From: Klebsormidium nitens
Lineage: Eukaryota > Plantae > Klebsormidiophyceae
Direction: 5' to 3'
Assembly (NCBI GenBank): GCA_000708835.1
Contig: DF237578.1
Span: 1-49,272 of the forward strand
DNA: 49,272 nucleotides
Shown here: positions 34,630 through 47,106 of the stretch, one piece after another
How positions within the stretch are numbered: the stretch's first letter is position 1
Layout of the letters: each line of letters opens with the position of its first letter
The notes under the pieces: model-generated
What the model saw: only the letters and a program-made list of their open reading frames with translations
Database searches by the model: none
What the model was told of the DNA's origin: nothing
Position numbers and translations under genes: made by a program

Positions 34630-37600
34630 ATGACTCCCTCACCTGCATCCGGCGGTCAGAGTTTCCCCGGTCGTCCATGTGAAGAACGTGCTGTTCGCTG
34701 TCATGCGGGCGTACCTACTACTGACGTCACGGAAGGCATAGGTATTAGGTACTAGAGTCATATGCGCAGTATGGACTCCGGAACGAGAGCACTCCCCCTG
34801 GCCCGAAGGTTGCGGCAGTAACATCGATAATGTGGGTGCACTGAGCAAGGCGTACATTCTACGCTTTTCGACTTCCAGAAACACCAAGCTTGTGCACTCC
34901 AGGTTGCACGATTCAGGCCTCTGTTTCGAAAAAGCAGGGCACGAGAAAAGGAGATAAGAAAGTAGCGGCTTTTGAAGGACATGTGACAAAACTGGTCAGA
35001 AGCGCTACAAACCTCTTTAGTTGACGCAGTGAGAGTGGGGCGACAGGACTAACTGAAGGCATGAAAGAATCGTAAAGGCCATCTTGATCTGTAATGTCTG
35101 GGTTTGAAATTGCAACTTTTTGGACGCTCTGAGATTTTGCAAGGCAAATGGCAAGGTGCCTGACTGGTTCTTGACCTCAGCCACCTCTGCCACTTAGTGT
35201 TCCACTCAAAACAAGTGCTTTTCATCCAGGGCGTCAGCTGGAGCTTGCACTGAATGACAACAAGCCAACATGGATCCCAGAAAACAGGGTCATGCAGGTA
35301 AGCGCTTTCAGTGGTCAGGTGCTTTCCTGGCCTTTCTTGTGCAGCTCAAGAAAGGACTTGGAACATTCTGGAAGCTCCACATTGCCAAAGCTGGCTGCAG
35401 AAAGGAAGTGTCAACTGGTTGTGAAACTGCCCTTCCTTTTTGCCGTGAATGCTGCATAATTGCACGGGGCATTTGCGCACCAAAAGAAAATGTGACAAGA
35501 GAGAAACAGGATTGACATCACTCTGATCAGATCTTCCAAATGAGAACATTGAAGCATCGAAGGTTTCGGTTTGGATGTGACCCCTGCTAATGGAAAATGC
35601 TGGAGAGTGACCGACATGGCCCTTGTACGGCATTCAGTGGGTAAGAGCCAGTCCAAACGGCTTTGCTTGTAGCTCATACTGCTATTCTGACATGTGCTTA
35701 ACACATCTTTGCAGGCTCTGGCTCCAGGAGTTCCAAGCAATTACCAAGGGTGGTGTGTCAGCATTTCCAGAGGGGAACCTGCAAATATGGTGACACATGC
35801 TTCAAATCTCACACTCGTGATCCTGGTTCTACGTCACAGGCGGGAGCCTCCTTCTATCAAAGACAGGCCCAAAGCAGGGACTTCTTGGAAGTAGCTTTGA
35901 ACCAAGCAGATCCTTTCGTAGGCAGACCCGAGATGATGGAGAGGTTTGTGAGAGCCGCTGCCGAGAAGGAAGACGTAGCTCAGCTGCTTCTCTTGTTGGG
36001 AGACGATGCAAAGTACGGGCGCAAGCACATCAGAAGCATCGCACAATTTGCAGCGGAAAGCTCAGCCAGTGTCTCTGGCACAGGCCACTTCGAAAGGCTG
36101 ATCCTTCCTCTGCTCAAACTTCTCACCTCCCCGGGGTTCACCAACTCTCCGCTCACAGCCTGTAGCACCAAAGTCTATGCTACTCTCTCCGAGGTCGAGG
36201 GACTCCAGGGCTACCTCATAGACAGACTCAAGGAACTAGTTCTAGCCAGCGAGGGAAGAAGCAGCCCTAGCCAAGCACAGCAAGCAGAGCTCGAACCAGC
36301 GGTTGAAGCTGCTCAGACTGTTTCAGCATACTTTCTGCAGAGCTGCATGCTTTTCAGGGACAAGGTGCATCAAGACCGGATGCAGCAGCACGTGCGAGAT
36401 CTTGCGAACCTGGTGGACCAGTGCGTCACAGATCTGAGGCCGCCAGGACACCTTGTGGTAAGTGCAGCTACCATGTGTTTTAGGGGGAGATCTTTGAAGA
36501 GACATGGAATACAAAATTCAGTAGTCAACAAGTTCTTGTCTGGAAAGGAGGGCCATCCCTCTTTTGGCAGAATCTAAACCCTAAATTTGCAACATTCTCG
36601 AGATCTTGACTGTGTGCTCAATCAGATATGCACTTACAGCAATCTGTTCAGATCCGCTTAGTCGTCCATGAGCATAAGCTATTTGAGATGTTAAGAGACA
36701 ATGATAGTCAGAAATTGAATAAGATGAAACGGGTCTTGCAATGTGAAGTAGTGACCACCTGAATTGTTTCTCTGTCCTTGACCACCACCTTTCTGTTGCG
36801 GAAAATGCTGTCTGCTTCCAAATCTCCGTACAATTCCATGTTCAGATCAGTCCTATTTTCGACCGAGAAGCTTGACATCTGTGCAGTCACTCGTTTCGAG
36901 ATGGTCACCTTATTAGAAACGATTCTTTCCAGATTTACAAAGCTGATGTTCGTCCGATTCTGACCTCGGACGTACAGTAATTGCCAAAGCTTGCTCGGAA
37001 ACCCCACGGGGTCAAAGAAGTTGTCGTCTTCTGCACTGTCGTCAAGCCAGAGCATGAAAGCCTAAGACGCTTTTCTACTGACCAAACCTTGTTAAAAAAG
37101 ATCCAAAAGCCCTAACTCAAAGCTGCTGGCTATCGTGCAGCGCCGCTTACAAGGCCCGCTGGAAATCCTGCTGCGTATGGTGGGCCTGGCCGACGAAGCC
37201 GAAGCGAGGTTCTCAAAGCAACAACAGCAGCTCGCGCAGAAGTCAGCGGCTCCCTCCACCGTCACGCATGTAAAGGTATCTCTCTCCGGCTTCAACTCCT
37301 TCCGCAAAGAAGCTTCGTTCGGACAACCAAAGGTTCTTACGTTCTTCACATCTTTGCTTCAAGTTGATGTCCCCACTGCATGATGGCCCTACCTTCTGAT
37401 CAACCCTGCGTTACCGATTTGAAAGCTCTAACTCAAAGCTGCTTGTTCTCTCGCAGCGCCGGTCACAAGGCCCGCTGGAGGTTCTGCTGCGTCTGCTGGG
37501 ACTGGCCAACGAAGCCGACGCGAGTTTCTCGAAGCAGCAACAAAACCAAGCCGGACCTTCATCAACTCCTATCGCCGCCTTGCCCGACCTCGGCGTACCA

Positions 37601-40600
37601 GAAGACGGTCCCGGGCACCTAAGCGAAACCGGAGAGCCTCGACACGATAACGACTTCGAAGATTTTCGCGCCATCCTCGTTGCCCCCACCCCCGCCGAGG
37701 TCCTCTCCAACCGGGATCCCTTTCTGCCGGCCAACGTGCGCCCGGGGCTGCCGGGCAGCCAGCACCATTTGCCTCGGGGGACTGTCGACCGGCACCTCGA
37801 CGTGCACTTCCGCCTGCTTAGGCAGGATCTGATGGGGCCCCTTCACGACAAGGTGCAAACCGTCCTGGAAAGGGGGGTCCGTCGGCAGTGGGCCGGGGGG
37901 GGGGAGGCAGACCGATGGGGCGGGGGTGAACCAGGTGGATGTGATTCATTACGACGATGTGAGAGTGGAGTCGGTGAAAGGCAACGCGCACGGCGCCTGT
38001 TTCGTGCTGAGCTTCAAGGAGCTTTCGGGGGTCGGAAAGGGGAAACAACGCCGGTTGGAGTTTTGGGAGAACAGCTCGCGGCTCGAGTTCGGGTCGCTGG
38101 TGTGCATCTTGCGCGCCGGCGTCGGCGCCGGAAACGCCCTCGGTCTAGTTTTCGCGACCGTCACGGAGAGGGACCCGAAGCAGCTGGCGGAGAGTCGGCC
38201 GTGCATCGGCGTCCGTTTGTGCAACAGCCGGGATGAGCACTCTGCCGGCGAGTTCATCGCAGCGCTTCAGTCCAGAAACCAAACGGGGGGCGGGCAAGCG
38301 GACTCGGGGGCCATTTTAGTAGAGGCTTCCGGGAGCTTCTTCTCATACGAACCCACCCTGAAGGCTCTCCAGAGACTGACGGAGGGCAATTTCCCCTTCT
38401 CGCGCTACATATGCCGGCAGCCCAACGATGGCGAAGTTAATGTAAGCGCTCCTGCTTATCTGACGGGGACGACGTCTTATGACCTCAGCTTCTTGGCGGG
38501 GGGTTCGACCGGTGTAACGGAGCAGTCCCGTCGAGAACTAGAAAACGTCCCGGTTGGAAGGCAGGGCGGTTTTCCAACCGGGTTGCTGGTGAAGACGACG
38601 TCCCTGGACGAGCCCCAGGCGCGCGCGCTCGCGGCCGCTCTTACCGAGGAGCTGGTTCTGATCCAAGGGCCTCCTGGCACGGGAAAGGTGAGGGGATACA
38701 TCTCGCTCTTGTGTCAGCAGCTTAGGATTGAAGCATTTGCTGGAGATTTTGTGAAGGTGCTCTCGGCAGATTCACTGTCCCGTTGGATCAATTCTTCATA
38801 CGTGCTTCGCTTCCTGTAAAGCGCCATGGGAATCAGGCAAATGCGTCTTCATGCTCGAAAAAGGAAACCCGCATCTCGTTTTCTCGGCCGACACGTTTGC
38901 CTGGACCTCCAGTCTGTCCCATGTCACTTGACACACATTGTCAGAGCGTCAGCAAGCTTGTGGTTAATTTGTTTAAGAGATTTCTTCCAATTTCGTCAAC
39001 GAATTTGTCAGTAGAATCTTTCAAAATTCATACGAATCTGTCGTCAACGAGTCTTGGTGACCTGTGTTTCGGAGTTTGTTTGGTTCTATCACGCCTTCCT
39101 TGCAGATTGCGACCTGGAAAGGCGTCCGTCCGCTTTTCTTGACCTTTCAAGAAGTTTGAACAGGCTGATGTGCTTTGCGATGCTGACGTCAAGACACCTC
39201 CGCATTTTCCGCAGACTTTTCTGGGCATCAAGATCGTGCAAGCGCTCCTCCGCAACAGCGGCTCCGCGCCCCGCGGCCGCGTCGCACCCCTCGCTGGCAC
39301 CAAGCCGGCCTTAGGACCCATTCTCTGCGTCTGCTACACAAACCACGCGCTCGACCAATTCCTGGAAGGTCTGCTAAAAGCGGGGGTCCAAAAGCTGGTC
39401 CGCGTGGGGGGGCGCAGCAAATGCGAGGCCCTGGCCCCCTTCAACCTTCACGAGCTCCGGCGGAATGCGGGTTCCAAGGCCCGGGAGCAGAGTCGGAAAG
39501 AGGCCGAGTGCTTGGGGCAGATTAGAAGGTACGAGGAGTCGTTCGCGCAGACGTCCGCACTGTCCGCGCGCGCGTTCCTGCACTGGTCCGACGTTTCGGA
39601 CCTGATCGAGATGGAGGCCCCCGGGCTGTACACGTCGCTGAGCCGAGGAGCGGCCGATGAGGATTCGGAGGGGTTTATCACGGAGGGGCACTTTTGGGAC
39701 CGGTGGCTCGTCAACCCGGGGCAGAAACGAGCGGCAGTCAGGGCCCCCCGGAAAGAACCCGACCTGGTCAAGCCAAACCCGTTTGCCATTCTGGGGGGGT
39801 TGGGCGAGTGCGGGCTTTTGAAGGGGGAGGAAAATGTCCACGTCGAGGGCGCGGCAGACGCCGCAGAGGTGGGAGAAAAGATGCAGGCAATGCGTTTGAA
39901 AGGCGTCTCGGGAGTGGGAGAACACGGGAGCGGAGGATCAACGGGGCCGCGTGCAAAGGGGGATCCCTCTAAAAAGCGAGTCAAAAAGCCCCTATCCAAC
40001 CGGCCGGTGGAAGTTCTTCTACGCGAAAGGGACGCGTGGAGCCTAAGTATGAGGGAACGAAGGAAGTTGCACGATCGTTGGCAGCAGGAGCGATTGAGAG
40101 TCGGGCGTGAGCAGCTTCTCGCGGGAATTAGGCGCTACGAGGAGTGAGTGTCCGCTTCTTAAGCGTGGTCAAATGGTGGATTATTATAACCTGAGTGGTT
40201 TTTGGGAGTCTGAGTTAGGCTCTTCCTTTGCACTTTGTTCTAAGTTGAGCCCGCCGTTCTTGATGTAAATACAAAGCCATACCCGGAGTGATTTCAGTGG
40301 TTTGTGACGCGAGTCTTCCGTGACTATTCCCAGCAGAAATGAGAAAGTCGAATGGCCGTTGCTGTTAGCGGGGTCAAAGGCAATGAATCAGCATTTTGTA
40401 ATGCTCTGAAAGGTCTGTGAAGCAAAAAATAAGTCTCAAGAGACATATTTCCTTTCTTGCATGTTTGTCGCTATCTGGGGTGCCTCATTTGGACTGCATG
40501 ATCTTTGAGCAGTCCCTTCTTGACTCCTTCAAACATCACGAACGCAATTTTTTGTCAGAACCTTTGGTCTTTACATTTCCCTTCGGAGAGGCTTTCGGTA

Positions 40601-43600
40601 AGACATCAGATTCGGGACTCAACCCACTACCTAGCACGTTTGCCAAAGATTGTTTCTCTCTTTGCCTTGCGCTGATCACCAGATTCCGCTCTCCAGGCTA
40701 CGGCACGAGCTGCGCCAGACCTGGGATCTGACCGACTTGCGCATCCTGCAAGGGGCGCGGATCGTGGGGATGACGACCACGGGCGTCGCCAAGCAGCAGC
40801 AGCTGATCCAGGCGCTCGGGCCCAGGGTCATCGTGGTCGAGGAGGCCGCCGAAGTGCTGGAGGCGCACGTGCTGACGTCACTGTCATCGAGGACGGAGCA
40901 CGTTATCCTGATCGGTAAAGAGCCGCCCAGCACGATCTCGCAAGTTTGTGGAGATTCTGCAAGCCTGTATTAGGATCGCAGGAGTAGGCCTTAAATTGAT
41001 GGCCAGGCGACCCAGGAGGAATGATTTGCGTTGGATTTTCTGGAATCAGGCTTGGCTTCTGCCGCGGCTTCTGAGTTGCATCTTCGACTGTAAAAGTACA
41101 CGTAGTTTTCACCGTCTTATGGTACAGCCGTAATGCCGGAAAGAGGGAAAGATTAAGATACTCGAAAGTAAAGCGCTTGATGAAAAATGTCGCGGGGAAC
41201 CCCTTCCGGATCTATCCCACAAGGCCAGTAACTTGTCCGCAGAACCTTTGCATGATCGAGTGTTGCAGCGATGAAGATTCCGAAAGGGAAGCTTACGTCC
41301 TTCACTTTAGAATTCTCAGAGCAGAAAACCAGCGAAGGGCCAGACTGATCGAGTGTTCTCCAAATTGGCAAACTGAATAAAGAAGGAAATAGACAGCAAA
41401 ACAGCTTAATCTTCTCGTTTCACTCTCCTTTCAGGCGACCAGGAGCAGCTGCGGCCAAAGACGGAGGTCTACGAGCTGTCCGTCGCGTCGCGCCGCGGCT
41501 ACAACCTGGACGTCTCGCTCTTCGAGCGCCTGATTGCTGACGTCAACTTCCCGGTCTACACGCTGACGACGCAACGTCGCATGGCTCCCGCAATCTCCAA
41601 CCTGGTCCGGCAAACGGTTTACCCGACCTTGAAAGATGCACCGAACGTAATGCGGTACGGACCGGTCCCCGGGATGTTCCACAACCTGTTCTTCTGGGAC
41701 CATGACCACGCGGAGAGGAGCCGAGACGCGGAGTCCATATCGTTCGCCAACCGAGCTGAAGCGGAGATGGTGGTGGGGCTTGTGGCGTATCTCCTCCGCC
41801 AGGTGAGTTGAGATTATCCCAGGTTTAACAGGCTGGCTTGATAACTGGTTGTACGGTAATCAGTTTTGATTCGGCTTCAGATCTGTTTTGAAGCTGCTTC
41901 GAAGCCTGCTTTAGACGTCGCTCGAAACGGTGTGACACCGTCTTAGATTCTGTTCTGGTGAAAGGGATGGAGACACCGCTTCATTACTACTCGGAGCCCA
42001 GTCTGAAAGCTGCTTCATGCAAGTGCGTCTTCTGAACTTTCACTTTATTCAAAGCGCTTTCAGAATGCGACAGTGCTAAACGTTTTGTATTTAAGAGATG
42101 CGAACCGTCCAGACGGGTGAGGTATCGTCGTCCGGCCAAGTGATCGCTTCTGCTATTCGTCTTCTGCGTGATCTAATCCTTCTGGTGCGAGTTGATTCAA
42201 GTTTACCTATGGTTCGCGACAAGGACTGTGCAGAGTACTCACTCAGTTGTTCAAAGTCGGAGTCAACGTTCGTGCTCTCTGTTAGTCCGTTGCTTGCTTA
42301 CTCATCATCAACTCAGGAAGGAGTCGGGAATGGCGAATACATCGCCACTCGTAAATCAGTGACACTAGAACGAAGATGCCGCTTTTACAACCGCCGGGCC
42401 AAACCAGCACATGAAAGTCCTCCTTTTCCCAGGGTAAGGCGGTCGGCGAGATCACGGTCCTGACGCCCTACCTCGGCCAGCTGCGCCTGCTACGCGAACT
42501 CCTGTCGAAGCAGGTGGTGGTTCAAACCGAGGAGCGGGACGCCGAAGCGCTGCAGAAAGCTGAGGAAGCAGCGGAGGCAAGGGCAGGCGCAGAGGGGGAA
42601 GGCAAAGCGCCGCCAGAGGAGCCTGTGTGGGGCGCCGTGGTAAAGAGGACGACCGCGAAGGAGAGCGTCCGCCTGGCGACTGTCGACAAGTGAGGTCTCA
42701 CACCTAGTTGCTTGAGGGGTCCGTTACGCAAAAGTACACGTGTGCGTAGGGTGACTTTTCATGAATCTCCGGGAGCGGCTTGATTTCAAGGAAGAATATT
42801 GGGCATATTCTGGATCTGGACACTGTAAGGCGAACGGGTCTTAATAAATGGGGCTTTCTAGGGTTTGAAAGAGCTTGTATCTGCAATTTCTGAGCGCCTC
42901 AAACTCAAGTTTTCGATCTGACAATCCCCTGGAACGCGAAAAAGTCTTTACGACTGCGTCCACTTTTTGTCTTCCCGTACAGCGGACGGCGCTTTGCTGG
43001 TGCTAATCCTACTCGGAGTGCTGGAGTCTGTACTAAACTTGTCTTTGATTTGAAATTCTAGCTTTCAGGTTTCCACTTCGTATACTTTGTAAGCAAGTTC
43101 GTTGCCGTCGATCCAGAGATTTAGTAATGACACTCAGACGTTGCTGTTGTGCTCAGCCTGGCGGGTATGCAGATGTTTGGAGACGGTGATCGTCTACATT
43201 GTACCAAGTAACCAGAAGGAACTCCAACTTGGATGCAAGGGGTTCATTCTGACTGCTGAAGAGACCGACGCCTGTTCCGGCTCCACGAGCCAACAAGATC
43301 GTACCCTTCGAAGTACTCTCTTGTGTCGAATCACTCAGGTTTGAGCACTCGGACTTTACAAAGTTTCTGGATCATCAGCCGTGAGATCGTTCGCAGACCA
43401 CATTCGTCAGGCGTTACGACTCCTGATGCAGCTTCCAGGGCGAAGAAAGCGACGTCGTAATCATCTCCCTAGTCCGGAACAACGAGAGAGGCTCCGTGGG
43501 GTTCGTCAAGGAGAAGAACCGCGCCAACGTGCTCCTGTCGCGCGCAAAGAAGGGGATGTACCTCGTCGGAAACGCGGCGACCCTCGGCGCAAACCCGTCG

Positions 43601-46600
43601 GCCAAAATGTGGCCCCAGGTCCTCAGGTAGGGGTGTCCGGCGAGGATTTGGAGATGATCGTCTATTAAAGCACCCAGCCTGAATTATTGTCCGTGTTGAC
43701 TCGAAAAGGCGTGTCTGCTCAGAAGGCAAAGGTGTCTGCTGACGGCTGGTTGCTGACGTCAGCACTACGAAACTGTCTGTCTCTGCGTTGACCGCATGGT
43801 GTGTATGCTTTTTGACCGTCGATTGAACCAACTGGCGGCTGAATCTTGTCATACCACTGGTACTGCTCGAAGTTTGTTCTGTTGGGCGGCTCGAAGAAGC
43901 AGGTCACCAGAGTGAGAATGGAAGCATGTTATTGACTGAGCCAGACGTAATTCGATACAACCACAAAACAATACGTTAAAACTGACGAAATTGCTTCGTC
44001 ACTCCCTGAGATCCACCCAGTATTTAAAACACTCTTTAGAACGATAGATGAGCCTTGGAAATCGGCATCCATCTTGCTGGACAAGAGCATGATAAATACC
44101 GCATTCTAGTTTTTGGTCCGGTATCCTGTTTTGATTCTTGACAGCGGCCAAAGCTGCGCCGAGGATCGAATGCATTCCCTTCTGGTCTGATTGAACGTTT
44201 CATTTCAAACCCCTCTCTCTCAGGTTGATAGCGGACGGCGATGGAGTGGGGCCAGCGTTACCGGTCGTCTGCCAGAACCACCCCGAGACGAAGACGCTGA
44301 TTAAAGAAGCCAAAGACTTTCAGGAGCTGGTGGGCGACGGGGGCTGCTCGCTCAAGTGCGAGTTCCGGCTGCCGTGCGGCCACGACTGCCCGAGAAGGTA
44401 TGGTCACTTCATCTGCCATGTACAAAGTATAGACTCGCCCAGGATCCGGGCCAAAGCGTAACAGAATAGAAAGAGCCGTGAAAATCCATTTTACTAGTGG
44501 ATCACATTTTGCCCCGAGGTGCGGGTGCTCGGGTAGCAAGGTGTCAAATTCGCCTAACCAGAAAGGAAATGATGCAAGAGGAATTTTCAGTGCCTTTGCG
44601 GACGATACATTCTCTTTGCTTTCGTACCGGATTGGTCCCACAGTTGTGCTTCGTCTGACACCTTGGAAAACGGCGCAAATCAGGGAAAGCTGCATTGTTA
44701 AGCTACCATAGTGGTTTTGAATGGACCAAAGGCTGATAGACAGTGGCTCTCTTAGCATCCCTGTTTCGCATCGAAGCTCAATAGCGAAGTAGCTCAAATG
44801 CTTGTTTGAACTCCGCAAACTGGAGACGCTGGCGTGAGCACGAATGCGCTTCATGTGCATGATCGTCAAAGTGTGCAGGCTTTCTGTATGCCTATTATTT
44901 CAAGCCGCCGCACCCCAAAAGTGAGAGCGCTGACCTTACTTTTCTTTTCAGGTGCCACGTGGACGACCCTCAGCACGTGTCCGTCCACTGCCCGAAGCCC
45001 TGCCTCCGGCTCCGCCAGGTCACGGAGTGCCCTCATCAGCACCCGTGCCCTCGCCTCTGCGGCGACGAGTGCGGCCTCTGCCACGTGTCGCTCCCAGAAG
45101 TCCCGCTTCCCTGTGGACACGTGGCTAGGGGCGTGAGGTGCGCGGTTGCCCAAACCCCAGAAGCCATTGACTGCCGCGAACTCGTCGCCGGAGCCAAAGT
45201 AGGTCATTGTGGCCACGATCTTCCCCCGATCGCCTGCGCAGAAGTTCAGAAGCTGAAAACGGACCCCTCTCTGTGCCCGGCAATTTGCGGCGCGTCGCTT
45301 GAGTGCGGCCACGAGTGCGGGGAGCCCTGCGGCAGGTGTTTGAACCGGACGCTCAGAAACCCCCAAACCCCGCGCGACGCTGACGCGCCGCTTCCCCAAA
45401 GGTCCAACCACGGGACGTGCAAGAAACCCTGCGGGCGCACGTTCGCCTGCGGACATTTTTGCAAGCGCCTCTGCCACGCCGGGACAGAGTGCGGGCCCTG
45501 CCCCGAGACGTGCATTGTCAAGTGCGCGCACAGCGCTTGTGGGCAAAAGTGCGCCACGCCCTGCGCGCCCTGTGCGGAGACCTGCCAGTGGGCGTGTTCA
45601 CACCGCGGGGCATGCACCGCCCCCTGCGGGGCGCCGTGCGACCGCCTACCCTGCGACGCGCGGTGTGAAAGGGCGCTCGACTGCGGGCATCGGTGCCCCG
45701 GGCTGTGCGGGGAGGACTGCCCGGAGGGGCGGGTCGCCTGCCGGGATTGCTCGGTGAAAAATGACCACGTGGTCGACCTCGTCATGATGACGTCGCTGGG
45801 GGAGCACGACCCGGAGGAGGAGCCCCTCATCACGCTCTCGTGCGGACATCCTTACACCGTGTCCACCTTGGACGGGCACCTGGGATTGGAGACGGTCTAC
45901 GAGCGGAGTTCCGCAGGCGGAGCGGAAGCGGAACGCGGGGAGTGGCTTGGCGTGAAACCGCTGAGCGACATGTTTCAGAACGTGAAGGGCTGCCCTGACT
46001 GCCGGGCGCCGATCAGCGGCGTCAAGCGATACGGCCGCATCTCGAAGAAGGCGCTGGTCGACCAAGCGCAGCGGCAGTTCATCCAGAACTCGCAGCGCCA
46101 GCTGGCCAACGTCTTCGACAGAGTCGGCACAGTGCGCGAGGAGGTGAATGGGGTCGTGGCCCGCGGCGAGGCGCCGGCGCCTGCAACGTCGCAGGTTCTG
46201 TCTGCGCGTCTGGACCGGCTGTTTGCGGACTTCGAAACGATCGCGCGAGAGTGCGCGAGGCCCCCCACGGTCAAAGTGTACGAGGCGACCCTGGCGAGCA
46301 TCAAGCGCGCGGCTATGCACGAGGCGGAAGGGGGGAATGAAGAAGGGCTGCTCTTGGCACGGGCGAAAGGGCTGGCCGTCCCACCTCCTGACGTCAGCGC
46401 CAGCTGCGAAGCCCTGATTGGCCTAGGCGAGATCGCCGAGCTTGCGATGCGCTTAGCCGCGCACGCGGTTGTCCACCGGCCGACTGCGGGTCCTGGTCGG
46501 GGCAAGATGGGCGACCCGAAAGACGATGCAGATCAGCGCTACAAGTCGGCCTTTCAGAGCGCCGCCAGTTACTTCTCGGGAGCGGCGCGCCTCGCGCGCG

Positions 46601-47106
46601 GCAGGAAGAACCATTGGACCGAGGCACGCACGGACCTGGCGTCCGCGAGGCTGCTCGTGGCGTGGGTCAGGTGCACCGGGGCGATCGTCGGGGCGGGAAG
46701 GAAGCCCGCGACGGACTTGGAGGGCCAGCTGGCAGCGCTGGCGGAGGCCCGGGAGCTCAGCGCGCGCGTCGCGGTCCACGAGATGCGGTCCGTCTCCGAG
46801 AACGCGGCTTTGGGCGGCGCCGCGCGCGAGCTTCTTGATGAGACGATTCCGAAGTTGGTAGAGGCGGCAAGAGAGGGCTGGCGGGCGGAAGTTACGCTCG
46901 AAGAGAAGCGGGCGGTGATGGAAGCGATGGGGTTCAGGGCGAGGCACTGGTACGTTTGCCCCAACGGGCACCCGTATGCCATCGGAGAGTGTGGCGGGGC
47001 CATGCAAGAGTCGGTTTGCTACGAGTGCGGCGCCCGGGTAGGAGGCCGAAATCATCAGCTTACAGCAGGCAATCAAGCCTGGCATGAAACGGCGGGGGTA
47101 GCTTGA
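34630..47106 (+). CDS. ZNFX1: ZNFX1-like protein: CCCH finger, UPF1-like SF1 helicase, NF-X1-type zinc fingers, split RING-like module and C-terminal RZ finger; ~2097 aa if a 1-nt frameshift at 37895-37904 is corrected
   Basis: Exons (34630-34654 tentative), 35715-36457, 37457-38687, 39215-40143, 40697-40914, 41435-41802, 42433-42689, 43432-43626, 44224-44397, 44952-47106. Motifs: CQHFQRGTCKYGDTCFKSH, GPPGTGKT, CYTNHALDQFLE, VEEAAEV, GDQEQLRP, LTPYLGQ, TVDNFQGEESD, VLLSRAK, many CGHxC repeats, and HWYVCPNGHPYAIGECGGAMQESVCYECGARVGG. Confidence 0.88.
37100..37275 (+). repeat. Upstream duplicate of the acceptor and first ~35 codons of the ZNFX1-like exon at 37457; possible in-frame 135-nt cassette exon 37141-37275
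   Basis: Both copies follow aaagc(c/t)ctaactcaaagctgct. They translate as RRLQGPLEILLRMVGLADEAEARFSKQQQQ and RRSQGPLEVLLRLLGLANEADASFSKQQQN. The copy ends AAG|gtatct at 37275/37276. Confidence 0.85.
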
